From Zygnema circumcarinatum SAG 698-1b (taxonomy: Eukaryota > Plantae > Zygnematophyceae), in contig CM074815.1 of the NCBI GenBank assembly GCA_037447605.1, forward strand, positions 2,418,001-2,482,000: a stretch of DNA of 64,000 nucleotides, read 5' to 3'. The notes beneath the pieces were generated by a model that ran no database searches, was not told the DNA's origin, and saw only the letters and a list, made by a program, of their open reading frames with translations. Made by a program: the position numbers and the translations under genes. Positions 24,074 through 35,700 of this stretch are shown here, one piece after another; the first letter of the stretch is position 1, and each line of letters opens with the position of its first letter.

Positions 24074-25301
24074 TGCACTCCGCAACTCCGTTGGTGCAAA
24101 CTCTTCAACTCTAATAGAAGATTGGGTTTATTGACCAATCAATCAGAACACTTGTGCCTTAGGCAACCACAACACATGGTCACTCATTCAACGACCCAAT
24201 TGGGCGAGCAGCTTGCGGAAGGAACCTCCACGAGCAGGCGCCAACCGGCAAGCAAAAGGCGGGAGTATTCCTGCGTTGTCCGTATATGCACGGCCGGGTC
24301 CGTACAGGTCGTAGTTTCGGGTTTCTTCAACCCCAAATTCGGGGCCCGTCCATCCCCTCCCCTCCCCTCCCCTCCCGCCCGGTTGGAGGCGGCCCCGAGG
24401 CGTGGAGGGCCACGTGGCGGGCCGCCAGCTGGCGGCGGATCCGCCCGGCGCGGCGCGATTGGGCCGCTCGGAGTCGAAGCCAATCAGCGCGCGGGGCGGG
24501 GTGGCCGTACGGAAGGCGAGGGCCCAGGGGTAGGGGTGGAGGGAGGGAGGGCGCCAGGCAGGAAGGGCCGTAGAAGCAATCGATGCACGGGACAAGAACT
24601 TCCAATTGCAGAAGTCTTAATGTGCAGGTTCAGCAAGACAAGGAAACGCCTGCCTTCCTGATCTCTCTATAGAAATAGAATATGGGGTACTGTACGCAAC
24701 ATTGTGATGGTTACTATCTATTGGATGAACCGAAAGAAAAATGGATCACTGCGAATGTAGGATGGTCGTAATGATCACGCAAAGTTGAATTTTAGAAACG
24801 CACTTGCCTATTGCGCAAGTGTGGTCATCTCCTTCAGTCGCCGGAGACAGCAAACAACCTACATGAATTATTGCCAACAGTTCCCGGGAACAGGTAAGAC
24901 TCATCTTCAGGTACTGGGACACTGCATCAGTCAAACTGCAATGTCTGCAAGCCAGTCTTGCATTGCTGTCTTTATAAATCCAGAGACACGGTAAATAGTG
25001 GAACGTGGGGCAAAAATGACATTACTATCAAAAGAATCCCAACACTAGTCCTACTGGTGACCGGAGAACCGAGCCACTGATTAGATTGAGCTTCCGATAT
25101 TTTGACATTCGAATCGATAAAGTTACATCTGGTTGAACGGACCAATTCCTGCAAATTCCCGAAAGCGATGCTTCAGTTAGCACAATGTTGACCCTCGCGC
25201 ACAAATGCAGGGAAGGCACTCATGTGAAACAGAAGTGCTTGGTTTGACTCACCTATAATGCGAGCCTCATGGAGCATAGGTGATTTGAAACCGTGCCCTG
25301 C

Positions 25302-28097
25302 TCATCTTCGCCCAAAAGCAGTACAACATCCACCTCGGTTAACAACAGATCTCAAAGGAGGAGTGAGTCCCTCCCTGGAAAGCCTTTGGGAGTTCGAACT
25401 TGAGGAGAACGCACAAGAGAGCGGGAGGGTAATTGGAAAGGGCAGTTTGCATCTTAACCGCCCTTTACGTGGATGCAGACTGTATGTGGAGGTCCATCGA
25501 GACTGGTAGATCATTTTATGGTGTGAGTGAAAACTGAACTGCGGCGTGCTCTCATCAGCCGTAGTTGATGCAATGCTTAACTCGCTGTCTAGTGAAGAGC
25601 TGGAATAGCTGCCAGACCCGTTACTGTACGACGAGTTGCGCACAACTGTTGCTGCCGGCTGACTTGGTGGAAGTAGCTGACAGTCATACAGATGATCCGC
25701 AAACCACAGCTCGGGTGAAACAAGAGCAGGAGAGTATCTCGATCGACTCGAAGCTGTGGAGGGATGGTTGCTCGATCGGGCAAAATCTGTAAGGCGGTCA
25801 GAAAGGGTGCCTTCTTCTTGCTCTGATAAGGACGGATAAGAGGACTGCGTGTAACTATAGGCAGGCTGGCAGTTCCACTTGATCCACGGATGTTCTGCAT
25901 TGGCACATGCTGGAAATGAGGCGTGAACATAAAACAGGAGAAAAGCAATTTGCGACTCTAATATGAGAAACTTTCCTTAAGGAGGGTGCAGAAATTCACC
26001 TTTGGCTTCCTCAGGCGTGATTCTTTTCACCGGGTCTAAGCAGAGCATTAGGCTGACGAGATCCTTTGCCTCCGCTGAGATGTAGCGCCACGGCCCCGAT
26101 TCCAAGTCAAAAATACCTGCCTTGATTTTTACAAAAATGGCGTTCCTTGTCTCTGCCCAGAACGGCGGCACTCCACATAGAAGTATGTAGAGGATGACTC
26201 CCAGACTCCACACATCCGCCTCGCGGCCGTACGATCGGCGGAGGACCTCCGGTGCGACGTAGTACCTTCAGATCAACAAAATGGCATGGGCCGCCGGTAA
26301 GTTCAGCACTTGTGCGCTGAAAATAATCCTTCTCAAACGATGCGCAGAGCTTGTGATCCGTTGACTGGAGCTAAATGTGACGGGAAAACTCGGGAACAGA
26401 TCAAGAAGAGATGAGAGTAATGTTAACTTAAATCTAAACTAATCGACAAATACAACGAAAAGACATGGACATGGTAAACATACGGAGTACCCACTGCCTG
26501 GTGCAGCTTCACTCCTTTCTTGAGCAACGCGGCCTGCCCAAAGTCCACCACTTTGATGGCGGAGTTGGAGGTGGGGGACATCATGAGGATGTTCTCCGGC
26601 TTCAAGTCGCGGTGCACTACGCCCTTTGCGTGGCAGTACTGCACGACGGAGAGGAGCTGCCGGCACAGCGCGGCGGCCTCCTTTTCTGAAAACTGCTTCC
26701 GTTGCTTGATGTGGCCGAGCAGATCTCCGCCTTCGCAGGGCTCCATGATAATGTGGACATTCTGATGATAATTCACCCCAAAGCAAAGCTCATCCGTAAA
26801 TCACTGAGTATATTAGCATTGCATACTCCGCTGGTAAATTAAAAAGGTGTTCCCACCAAACAATGCCTGCTTATGGGCAGGCATGGCATGGCTTACATAC
26901 AGGGCTGGAAACCCATCTGAAGACTCATTTTCCATTGAAGTCGCAGTTATTAAGATCAATTAGCTGCTAAGATTGGATAATAGCCCGTCAAGGTCAAAAA
27001 AATATAAAGTTCAAAAGATTGAGAGGGGGGAAGGTCAAGCCTTATTCTGTCAATCAAGGACTTTGGTTATTTTTTTCTTGCGATGATTAGCTAGCCGATC
27101 AATACTTGAGTATGTAGCTGCCCAGTTTATCGACGGTGCCTTCTACTCGAATTCCTGCCAACGCCGTTGTACTGTTGACTCTCTTAACATAGTTTACTTC
27201 TTGACCATGATCAGCCTCACACGTATTCGAACTACCAGAAAGAATCATGTAAAGGATTTTAAGAGCAAACTAACCAGTACTTACATGTATCCATCTTCCC
27301 ACCAATCGGATACCAATATTACATGATTGCCACGTTTTTCATGTTCCATACTTGGCATCCTAAGCGATCGTTTCTTATTCCTAACGTCACGCATACAACG
27401 TGATCGTCTGAACACTTGTTACTCCTGGACTCCTCGTTGATTGCTGCCAAGTTCTAGGCTCAGAATCACTTGACGCGCGACAAATCGTCTAGAACAAATC
27501 GAGCATCGCCATGTGAATCACAAAACGGCCGTTCCCCTCCCGCATGCATAATGACACACTTGCTCACCCAGCCATTCATTCCAGCGACCCAAGCTCAAGG
27601 CCATGGCGTACAGGCTGCTTCCCCACCTTCTCGTCTTCCATCACCGCCTTCATCCTCGCCACGCCGCCATGCCTCCTCACCCGCCTCATGGCTCGCACCT
27701 CCGCGCGCACCGCCGCAACGTCGCGCGGTCCGCTGAGGTCGGCCTTCCGGAGCGTCTTGCAGGCGAAGACCTCGCCCGTCCTGCGGCTCGTGCAGCGCCG
27801 CACCACTCCCGACATCCCCTCGCCGAGCTGCCTCCCCAGCACGTACTCGTCCTCTACGCTGCTGTACGGAATGCCCAGAACGCGAGGTGTCAGCCGGAAC
27901 GCCTCCGCCGACTCAGCGATAATGAGCGGAGTCTGGAGTGGCACCATGCGGACGCCCTCCTCGTGCAGGCGCCTGCTCCGACGGTGCCGCCCGTGACTGC
28001 CCGGCAGCCCGGCAGCAGCCATGGCTGCGGCCCGCGGGTCTTTGCGGAGTAGGGCCGTGTTTGGTCGCGCAGGAGAGCCAAGGCGGCGGTCCACCAT
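25302..28097 (-). CDS. PEPRK-like kinase, copy D. Exons 28097-27627, 26761-26484, 26265-26000, 25894-25302
   Basis: [35 protein letters not shown]; same intron positions as the other copies. Confidence 0.92.
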
Positions 28098-28911
28098 GGA
28101 CGAAGGGTGCGTGGAAGGCGAGAGTGACGAGGCAGCGCAGCGCAGGGTGGAAGGAGGCCCGGCAATCCCTCCCTCCCTTCCTTCTCTCCTCCCTCTCCTT
28201 TCCTCTCGTCTCGTCTCCTCTCCTCTCCTCTCCTCTCCTCTCCTCCCTCTCCTCTCCTCTCCTCTCCTCTCCTCTCCTGGCGATTTGGCGAGTGGCGCCT
28301 CGGCTGGCCGCCAGTGGGTGGCTGGCGCCTGGCGGGCGGCCCGGGGGGAGGCAGGGAGGGAGGGAGGGAGGTTGGGAGGGAGGGAGGGAGGGAGGGAGGG
28401 AGGGCGAGTGGCGGCCCGCAGCGGCGCGATCCGCGAACCACGTGGAACCGTTTTTCGCGTGGCAGCGCGGCATTGGTCCCTGCCGCCCTCATTGACCGCG
28501 CTCGTGCGGAGCGGTCGCTGAAAAGTGCGCGCGAGATCTGCCGGGCCGCAAAGCGACAAACACGCCTGGTGCTTGCCGACCTACGCGAACAGCTAGGCAT
28601 GTCGGCCACTTGCGCGTACGGCCGGGCGGGCGGGGGAATTGGTTACAGTACTGATCGCGGCCGCTACGCAACGGGTCGCACACGTGGCAGGCGCGGGTCG
28701 CGCCGCGTGGCACGGGCGAGATCTCCCGCGGTCCGGCCGTTGCGTGGGCTGACTTGGCAGCGAGGGGAGCGGTCAGCGCCAGGGTGGCAGCGCGCGAGTG
28801 CCAGCGTGGCGGCCCGCCGGGGGGTGGGGGGGGTGGGGGGCTCGCCGAACAGGGCGGACCGTTGGACCAACCATTGGCTGCCTGCGACCATTCGTTTGCA
28901 ACCCAGCCAAC

Positions 28912-28987
28912 CATTGATGTGGTTGTCAATCATTGACGTGGTTGCCAACCATTGACGTGGTTGCCAACCATTGACGTGGTTGCCAGC
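28912..28987. repeat. 4 x 19-bp tandem repeat CATTGACGTGGTTGCCAAC in the bidirectional promoter between kinase D and the Gdown1-like gene
   Basis: Units at 28912, 28931, 28950 and 28969; three carry TGACGTGG, a bZIP Hex/ABRE-type motif. Confidence 0.85.
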
Positions 28988-29292
28988 CGTTGACCAATGG
29001 CGTAAGTCCGCGGCCAAAGGCCGGGCGGTTAGGACCAAGCTTAGGCTGCACGCAGGCCCCGCCCGCGTTAGATTCCCGGGCGGGAAACACGGGGCGCGAC
29101 CAAGTGGGCCCTTTGGCTGAGGCGAGGGCGGGCGGGTGGCGCCACTCACTGCTCGGCCGGGTCCATGCGCGCTCGCTCTGTCTCGACCCATCGCGACCGT
29201 CCGCTGCGCGCTAGCATCCGACGGCCCTGGAGTTGCCAACCGTCCGAGGGGGCGCTCGGCCCAGCCCGTCCGCCCGTCAGCTCCGGGCGGCC

Positions 29293-31718
29293 ATGGCTGC
29301 TGGAGAGCGCTCGGCGAGCCTCTCTGCGCGGGGCGGCCTCCTCTCTAGCATCCGCAAGCAGCAGGTAGGCACCCATGTCGGCCCGGTGCGCACGCTTGCC
29401 GGTACTGCTAAGCTTTGACAGAACAGACAGATTGAAGCTGAGCTGTCGGGGTCCGCAGCGCGTCCTGGCCTTAGGGTTGCCAGAGATTCGATACGCGCTT
29501 GTTTGGAAAAGTCTGCAAGGGGCTCTCAGGTAGAGAGCTTGTCTGCAAATCATAGGAGGAGATTGAGAAGCAGAGAGATGCTGCAAGCTAAACCTAATCT
29601 CAGAGATTTTAGAAACGCGGTGATGCGTGTGGGTACATGACGACGACTTTGATTCACACTCTACGTCAGCAACCTAAAATCCAACCCTAATGAAGGATAT
29701 CATTCCTTAAGTTTTAAGGTTAATCGTCCGCTTAGTCCTTCGCTGAAATTCGATGATGTTTTTGTGCCCTTGTGTCGTAGGACCTCCTTGCACGGGTGCG
29801 GTCAGGCGAGCTGAAACTTCCAGATGGCGGCGCAAAGGTCGAGGCAAAATTGCTGGAGATGGAGGCCGCCTTGGAGCGCTTGAACAATGCGAAAGGCGCT
29901 CTCAGAGATAAGGCGGAGGGCGACGGAGAGGAGCAGCCAGACTCGGCCATGGGGGCAGCGGTGGAGAGTGAGGGGCGGTCGCCGCAGGATGCGCCAGTGA
30001 GTCTGCATCGTGGTAGTACAATCTGCTGCCAATTTCTCACTCTAGAAAGTCGATTTATTTGTTGATTTGGATAACTGATGCTGGCGTGCATCTGCTAAAT
30101 AAGTTTGATGAACTGAAGAGGTGATGTTGGCCCTCCGATAGTGCAAACGAACACCGTTTCCTATTGTCACTTTGCAGTTTATTGCAGGTGTCCGCAGGAT
30201 CCACTGTTGCAAAAATCAGCAAATGCTGACTGTGCCATTGAACGCGTATTCAATTACTGTAGCACGAGTTTAAGCAGCTCGTTTCTCTCCGGTAGAGGCC
30301 CTGTGCTTTTCTGACTTGTCTGGTCGTTAAATAGTGCTCAGGAACTGGGAATGCTTCGTGGATTAGCTTAGTGACTGTCCTGGCTTTTGTGTGTTTAATT
30401 TTCAAATGGCTTGACTTGACCAGTTTCCTTCTCGTCTGTATGCGCTTTGCTATACAGCTGGAAAGGCTACTCCAACCTTTCCTTCTTCTCTCCCTCCCGA
30501 TGCTCGGCGCATTTTGGAATTACGGAGATTAGCAGAGAAAGAGACAGTTCAGGACGAAGATATCTCTCCACTGCGGCCGAAGCCGGGAGGGCTTTACCGA
30601 GAGAGGAACGGCATGCTGGAGCCCGCAGTAGGGCGAATCTCGAGAGAAGCTGCAGCTCGTGCACGCAGGAAGGCAGAAAAGGAAATCGCTGAGGAGGTGG
30701 ATGCCCAGGCAGACCAACTCGCTTCTCTGCGCTTAGATGGCGATGCTCCTGCCAGCCAGGAGATGACTGCCACAGCGGGACTGGGGGATGGGAGGGCTGC
30801 CTCAAAGGGCGATGAGGAAGGGTGGAAAGACGAAGCGATTGAGACAGGGCCCAGGGTGGTCCCGGGACATCGGAGTGTGAAGTTGATCTCTGTGGAGGAA
30901 GCAGCAGAGTGGGAGAAGCAACATGAGCGTGCAGTCAAGGTGAGGGAGCTTTTGTGCTGTGCAGTTAAGCACACATACATACGTGAAATGTGCATGGCTC
31001 ATAAAGCACCGGCATAATGAAAGGTGTAGACTTATGCTTCCCTTTCGATTACTGGACAACCTATCTTGTCCTGGATGAGAGAAGAGTAGAGAGAGCATCT
31101 GCCACTTGAATCAACTTTGTGGTCCCGATTGGTTGGCAAAAAGTCAGAAAGCAATGCACCGTCTGAGAATCATTAGAAGTTGAGAGAGAATACTTAAATG
31201 TAGCGCAGTTTACTGTGAAGTGAGGTGTGAGATGGCCTCGCTGATCCGACTGCCTGACGAGAAGTGTGTAGCTTCAGTTTGCTAACAGGGTCAGTGCTTT
31301 CCGACTGTCGGCTCCCACCGGCAGGTTTCTTCCAATGTGAATTTCGCTTGGAAGGCACATGCAGCCTGCTGAGTTATCTTGCTTAGGCCTGCATGAGCAT
31401 CATCTCTCTCTATATTGCATATGATGCCACCTTTTCTCTTCTCTGGATATTGACAAATTTCGTTTAGAAAAATATTTCAGCTTTCTGGTCGATTTCCAAC
31501 TTTCTTGCTGTGTTGCTGTTCTACAGGCCCACGAAGAAAAGATTTTTGCTCGGCACTTGGCTGCCCAGGCCGGCTCAAGAGGGGACACACGCGAATTCTC
31601 GGTTTGGGAGGGACGGAAGGTTGCAGAGGTGGGGGAGAGCAGTGACGAGGATGAGGAGTCCACCTCCGACGGTGAGGGAGACGAGCTTGAACCTGATGAC
31701 GATGCGAACGAGAGGTGA
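29293..31718 (+). CDS. Gdown1/GRINL1A (POLR2M, GCOM2-domain)-like protein. Exons 29293-29364, 29781-~29967/29996, 30458-30939, 31527-31718 (one internal junction unresolved)
   Basis: N-terminal LSSIRKQQ|DLLARVRSGELKLPDGGAKVEAKLLEMEAALE and C-terminal VKLISVEEAAEWEKQHERAVK|AHEEKIFARHLAAQ plus an acidic tail. These parallel the two conserved blocks of animal Gdown1 as I recall them (RQERLL...KLPDKGKKI; QLLSIEESLALQKQQ...KLAAQKLA). Confidence 0.65.
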
Positions 31719-31840
31719 CACCAGCCCTGGCGACCATGGAAGGTTTTGTGTCCAGTGCTGCCGAAGAAAGGAAGGGGAAGAAGAGTGGCCGCAGCCGGGA
31801 ATTGGACGGGCCTCATAATGGCATTAGGGCACGCCGCTCG

Positions 31841-31933
31841 CTGTGCGCCAAACGTTGCATCCGCGTGCGCTGTGCGTCAAACGTTGCATCCGCGTACGCT
31901 GTGCGTCAAACGTTGCATCCGCGTGCGCTATGC
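31841..31933. repeat. 3 x 29-bp tandem repeat CTGTGCGTCAAACGTTGCATCCGCGTRCG
   Basis: Units at 31841, 31870 and 31899 plus a partial unit; contiguous, no spacers. Confidence 0.9.
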
Positions 31934-32359
31934 CGTGCTCTCGCAAGAAATTCCGAACGCGCTCCACAGAACTTTTGTGCAGCCCTGTGGTCACAGCGAC
32001 CCTGAGAACGAACAAAAGTGTTATGTTGTGGTGTGGTGCCTCAACCCATGTAAAAGGAAGATGACGGAATGCAGTGCTGAACCAAGTGCTGCATGAGTCG
32101 TTGTGCCCGTGACAATTTGCAGCATTAGGGCTTGTCAAACTTGAAAAACTACCACTCTTTGAAAATCAATTATCCTACTTGGGCGTGTCACCCGTTGGCA
32201 CTGACCTTCGAGATTTATTTCAAACCAGTAATTTCGGATTTTGCCTTCACTACTTATTTCCGGGGAATGCATGTACCAACCTTTGACGAGCGGCTCTTAA
32301 AATAGCCGTTGGGGCCCGGAACTGGATGGCACAACCCGCCGGCCGAGTCTGGATCGGAT

Positions 32360-32410
32360 GGACGGACAACGGACGGACGGACGGACGGACGGACGGACGG
32401 ACGGACGGAC
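32360..32410. repeat. (GGAC)n microsatellite (a second tract at ~38600-38652)
   Basis: Seen directly. Confidence 0.85.
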
Positions 32411-33029
32411 TGAAGGGACGCTCGCCGGCCTCCCTCCCTCCCCCCGGAACTCGCCCTTCGGCCAGTTGCCGGCCACGCCCCTCCCGGCCGGCAGCCCACC
32501 GGCCCGCCCGGCCGCTTAGTCATCCCTAGTTAGTCGTGACTAGTCAGACCCGACTAGCCTCGAGTCGGGCTAGCGGAAGAGGGCCACCGTACGAAAAATC
32601 TCCCTCCGTACGGCGTTGGGGCCCCGCTGGACCAATCGCGGCGCGTAACGTGGCGCGCGGGGAGGGGCTGGCGGGGCCGCGTCAGCCCCCGCGCGGGCGA
32701 GGGGCCACGCGGCGGCTGACGCGGCCCCGCGAAGCCGCCACGCGGCGGGCGGGCGGGCGGGCACGATCCACGTGGCGCGCGAGGCGGGAGGCGCCCGCAG
32801 CCGGTAAAGAGGCGGAGGCGCAGCGCTTTGTTCAAGCGTGCGTGGGGAAGACGGAGAGAGAGGGAGAGAGAGTGAGAGAGGGGGAGAGGGCAGGAGAGGA
32901 GGGAAGAGCAGGCGCAGCAGGAGGAGGGAGTGAAGGGAGGCGGACAAGTGTGGTAGGACAGGAAAAGGAGGAGGGAGAATATTAAAGGTCCTCTCGGCAC
33001 TTTCCTTTCGAGCAGCCGCGCGAGCGAGC

Positions 33030-34838
33030 ATGGGCCAGGGAGACGGAGTCCTCGTGGCCCCGTACGCGCCGTCCCCCGAATGGACGGACGTCCTCTCGCA
33101 GGGGCTCAGCGCTGCGGCGGTTTCCAACTTCATCGCGCAAGGGCGGGGGACGCGGGACGAAGGGCGCACTTCATCTTTCTCCGCGGTGAAGAATCACGAC
33201 TTGGACATCCTTCCGTCAGACTCAGAGTCTGTCTCTGACCGCAGATCGGGGAAATTCGTGACTCTTGACGAAGACGATGGGTGGAACTATCTGCATCGGC
33301 TGGACTCGGACGACCTGCCGAAGCTGAGCATTGTCGGGAGCGCCATGGCGACAGTGCTCAAGTTCTTCGTGCGGCAGAAGGTAACGTCGCCGTCTCCTGC
33401 TGCACTGTTTGTTCACTTTCTTAGCGCGATGCTTGAAGTAGAAGTCTTCATTTGAGCTGACTCGAGGACTTTAGAGAAACTTTCGCCTTTCATCTATCAC
33501 TATGAAAAAAAGCGGCAGTGGTGACAGATCGCCTCAACTGACATCAGCAGAATCAATTTTTAATTTTTAATTCACGTTTTATAATTGTATATGAAAAGTT
33601 CATCTGGTACGGTCTGTGTGTCTGATTACGTACGTGTGCAATGTGCAGATGGAATATGTGGGGCAGTGCAACGTGGCGATTGGGGGAGAGAGCTGGCAGC
33701 TGCTGCGAGGCGAAGTAAAAAGCTTTCAAATTTACATGCAAGACTTTTGCTTCAGAGTAAGGCACACTACGGAATTGTTTTTTCGTTCTTTTCCCTAACT
33801 GCACACTCATATCCATGAACATGGCTAAAGAAAAAAACTCATAGATTAGCTGTCGCTTTTAAATGCGACATGGATTGATATTCTTTCACAGCCTCAACTT
33901 TCCTTCATGGCCCCTTGCAGGGTATGCGCACCACAGAAGCCGAATTGCACACATTGGACGACGGCGGCGGCATGAAGTTCAACCTCAGAAGTGCAGGCAC
34001 GGGGTAAGAGCCGGCACTTACCCGAAATGTCAGAGGACAAACTTTCTCTTCTCTGCTTCAATCTTTTCCTTTTGAAGAGGGCGACAGGTGACCAGTTTTT
34101 TATCAGATATTAATAGCTGCTTTTCCCTTCCGAATGCACAGGGGGAAGCTCTTGGAGCGAAAGGTGCCGATGCTGCTCTCTGTTCGGGAAAGCGAAGCGG
34201 ATGCCCTTCCAAGGTACGCATTCGCATACAGATATTTAAACATGTCGATGGGAGCTTAAGGACAAAGCTAACGATATGTTGACCTTTGGCAAATGGAGTT
34301 CATGATGTACCCATTTTAACAGCATCCTTTTTCATTGTTGTCTCCTTGTCGCAGCCTCCATAGGAACAACCTTCTGCATAAAACGGTTCAGGAGTGTTGG
34401 AATTATATCCATGGCGTCTCTGTGGCGGAGTACATCACAGATGACGCCCCTGATGCAGTCCCCAACTTCCCCCTTCCACTGCCCGAGCTGTCCCTTAAGC
34501 TTGCTGATGGTTTAGCTCTCTTTGAGGAGGTCCAGGAGGATCGAGTCGTTGCTTCGAATGGTGAGGCAAAAAATCCAATTAGGTTTGCGTTAAATTTTAG
34601 TGTTGAAAGGGTTGGGGAACTAGAGGAACTGGTAGTGTCGGAAGTTGATTGGCCAATTAGAGTTTTCCAGCCGGAAAAAGGCTGTGCAGAAACGGAGTTG
34701 GAGGGCGTGAGGGTGACGCTGGCAGAGCGTGCAAAGTGGCGGAAGGTGGTAAAAATGTCAAATGATATTAGGTTTCAGAGTTTTTCGGTCCGAAAAGGTT
34801 GGTTTTGCTATTCGTACAAGTTTTCATTGGACTTGTAA
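33030..34838 (+). CDS. DUF2993/LmeA-like protein, paralog 2. Exons 33030-33380, 33649-33756, 33921-34003, 34142-34213, 34355-34838
   Basis: Phase-consistent model: IVGSAMATVLKFFVRQK|MEYVGQCNVAIGGESWQLLRGE...KLLERKVPMLLSVRESEAD...DIRFQSFSVRKGWFCYSYKFSLDL. Resembles the cyanobacterial DUF2993 pattern as recalled (LRLWLRSQ-EQL-V-I-GGDRQILSG...LLEP-PV...EADLN). Confidence 0.75.
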
Positions 34839-35700
34839 GATAAATCACATTCAGCTTAAATTGAGCACTCTTCACATGTACATAAGAGGAACGAACTCCC
34901 AGTTTGCTTCAATTAGATATCTAGTAACTATATTTTAAGGTGAACAGGCGTTGAAAGGTGCTAGTTCAAACTAGCGCAGAATACTCTGTTGCCAGGAACG
35001 ATGACACGTTCATCCTTTCATTCTTGTACTGTACCATCTATAGGTGGTGGGATGTATGCTCCGCCCTTTAATTGATTGCCGTTGAACACTTCTGTGAATC
35101 GATTCCTGCCCCGTGTGTATGGGAAGGCCAAAGCAAAAACACCCCATATGTTTATGTTGAATGAAAAAAAAAAAAATGTTGTTGAATTTCCAGAACAAAA
35201 AGAGAATTTTGTTTTCCTTTGCATGTGACTAATGCAAAGCGTATAGTTGTCCCCTCTGTCCTGAGAGAGCAGCGCGCTGTTTTCTACACGGACTCTTTTG
35301 CACATTGTTAATAGGTCCAACGTGATAATAAAAAATTGATAACGCATGTTGTCATGTCATAGGTCTCATCCTCTTTCACCCTAAGAACATTTTCACTAAT
35401 TGTACAGGACTTTCTAACCCCCTCTCTTGGCCTGAAATATCTGCTGCAGATTTTTTGCCTCGAGTCACTGATAAAGCACAGAAAAAAAAGAAAAAAAATT
35501 GTGCGTACATGTACCGTACGACAGGAAGTGAAACATCCACTGGTTAAAATGTTGTATGGCTCGAAAAATAAAAACTTGCGGTTTTTCGAGCTAACTGAGG
35601 ACACGTGGCGCACATCGCAAGCACGATGAGCCCATCGGACGGCGCAGGGCACTTTCAAGTGTATTTTGTTGCTCGAGTTCCTTCGAATTTCCTGCCCTTT

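Noticed and set aside
31841-31933. Direct repeats of CRISPR-like length (29 bp)
   Set aside because: Units are contiguous with no spacers, there are no cas genes, and the context is eukaryotic.
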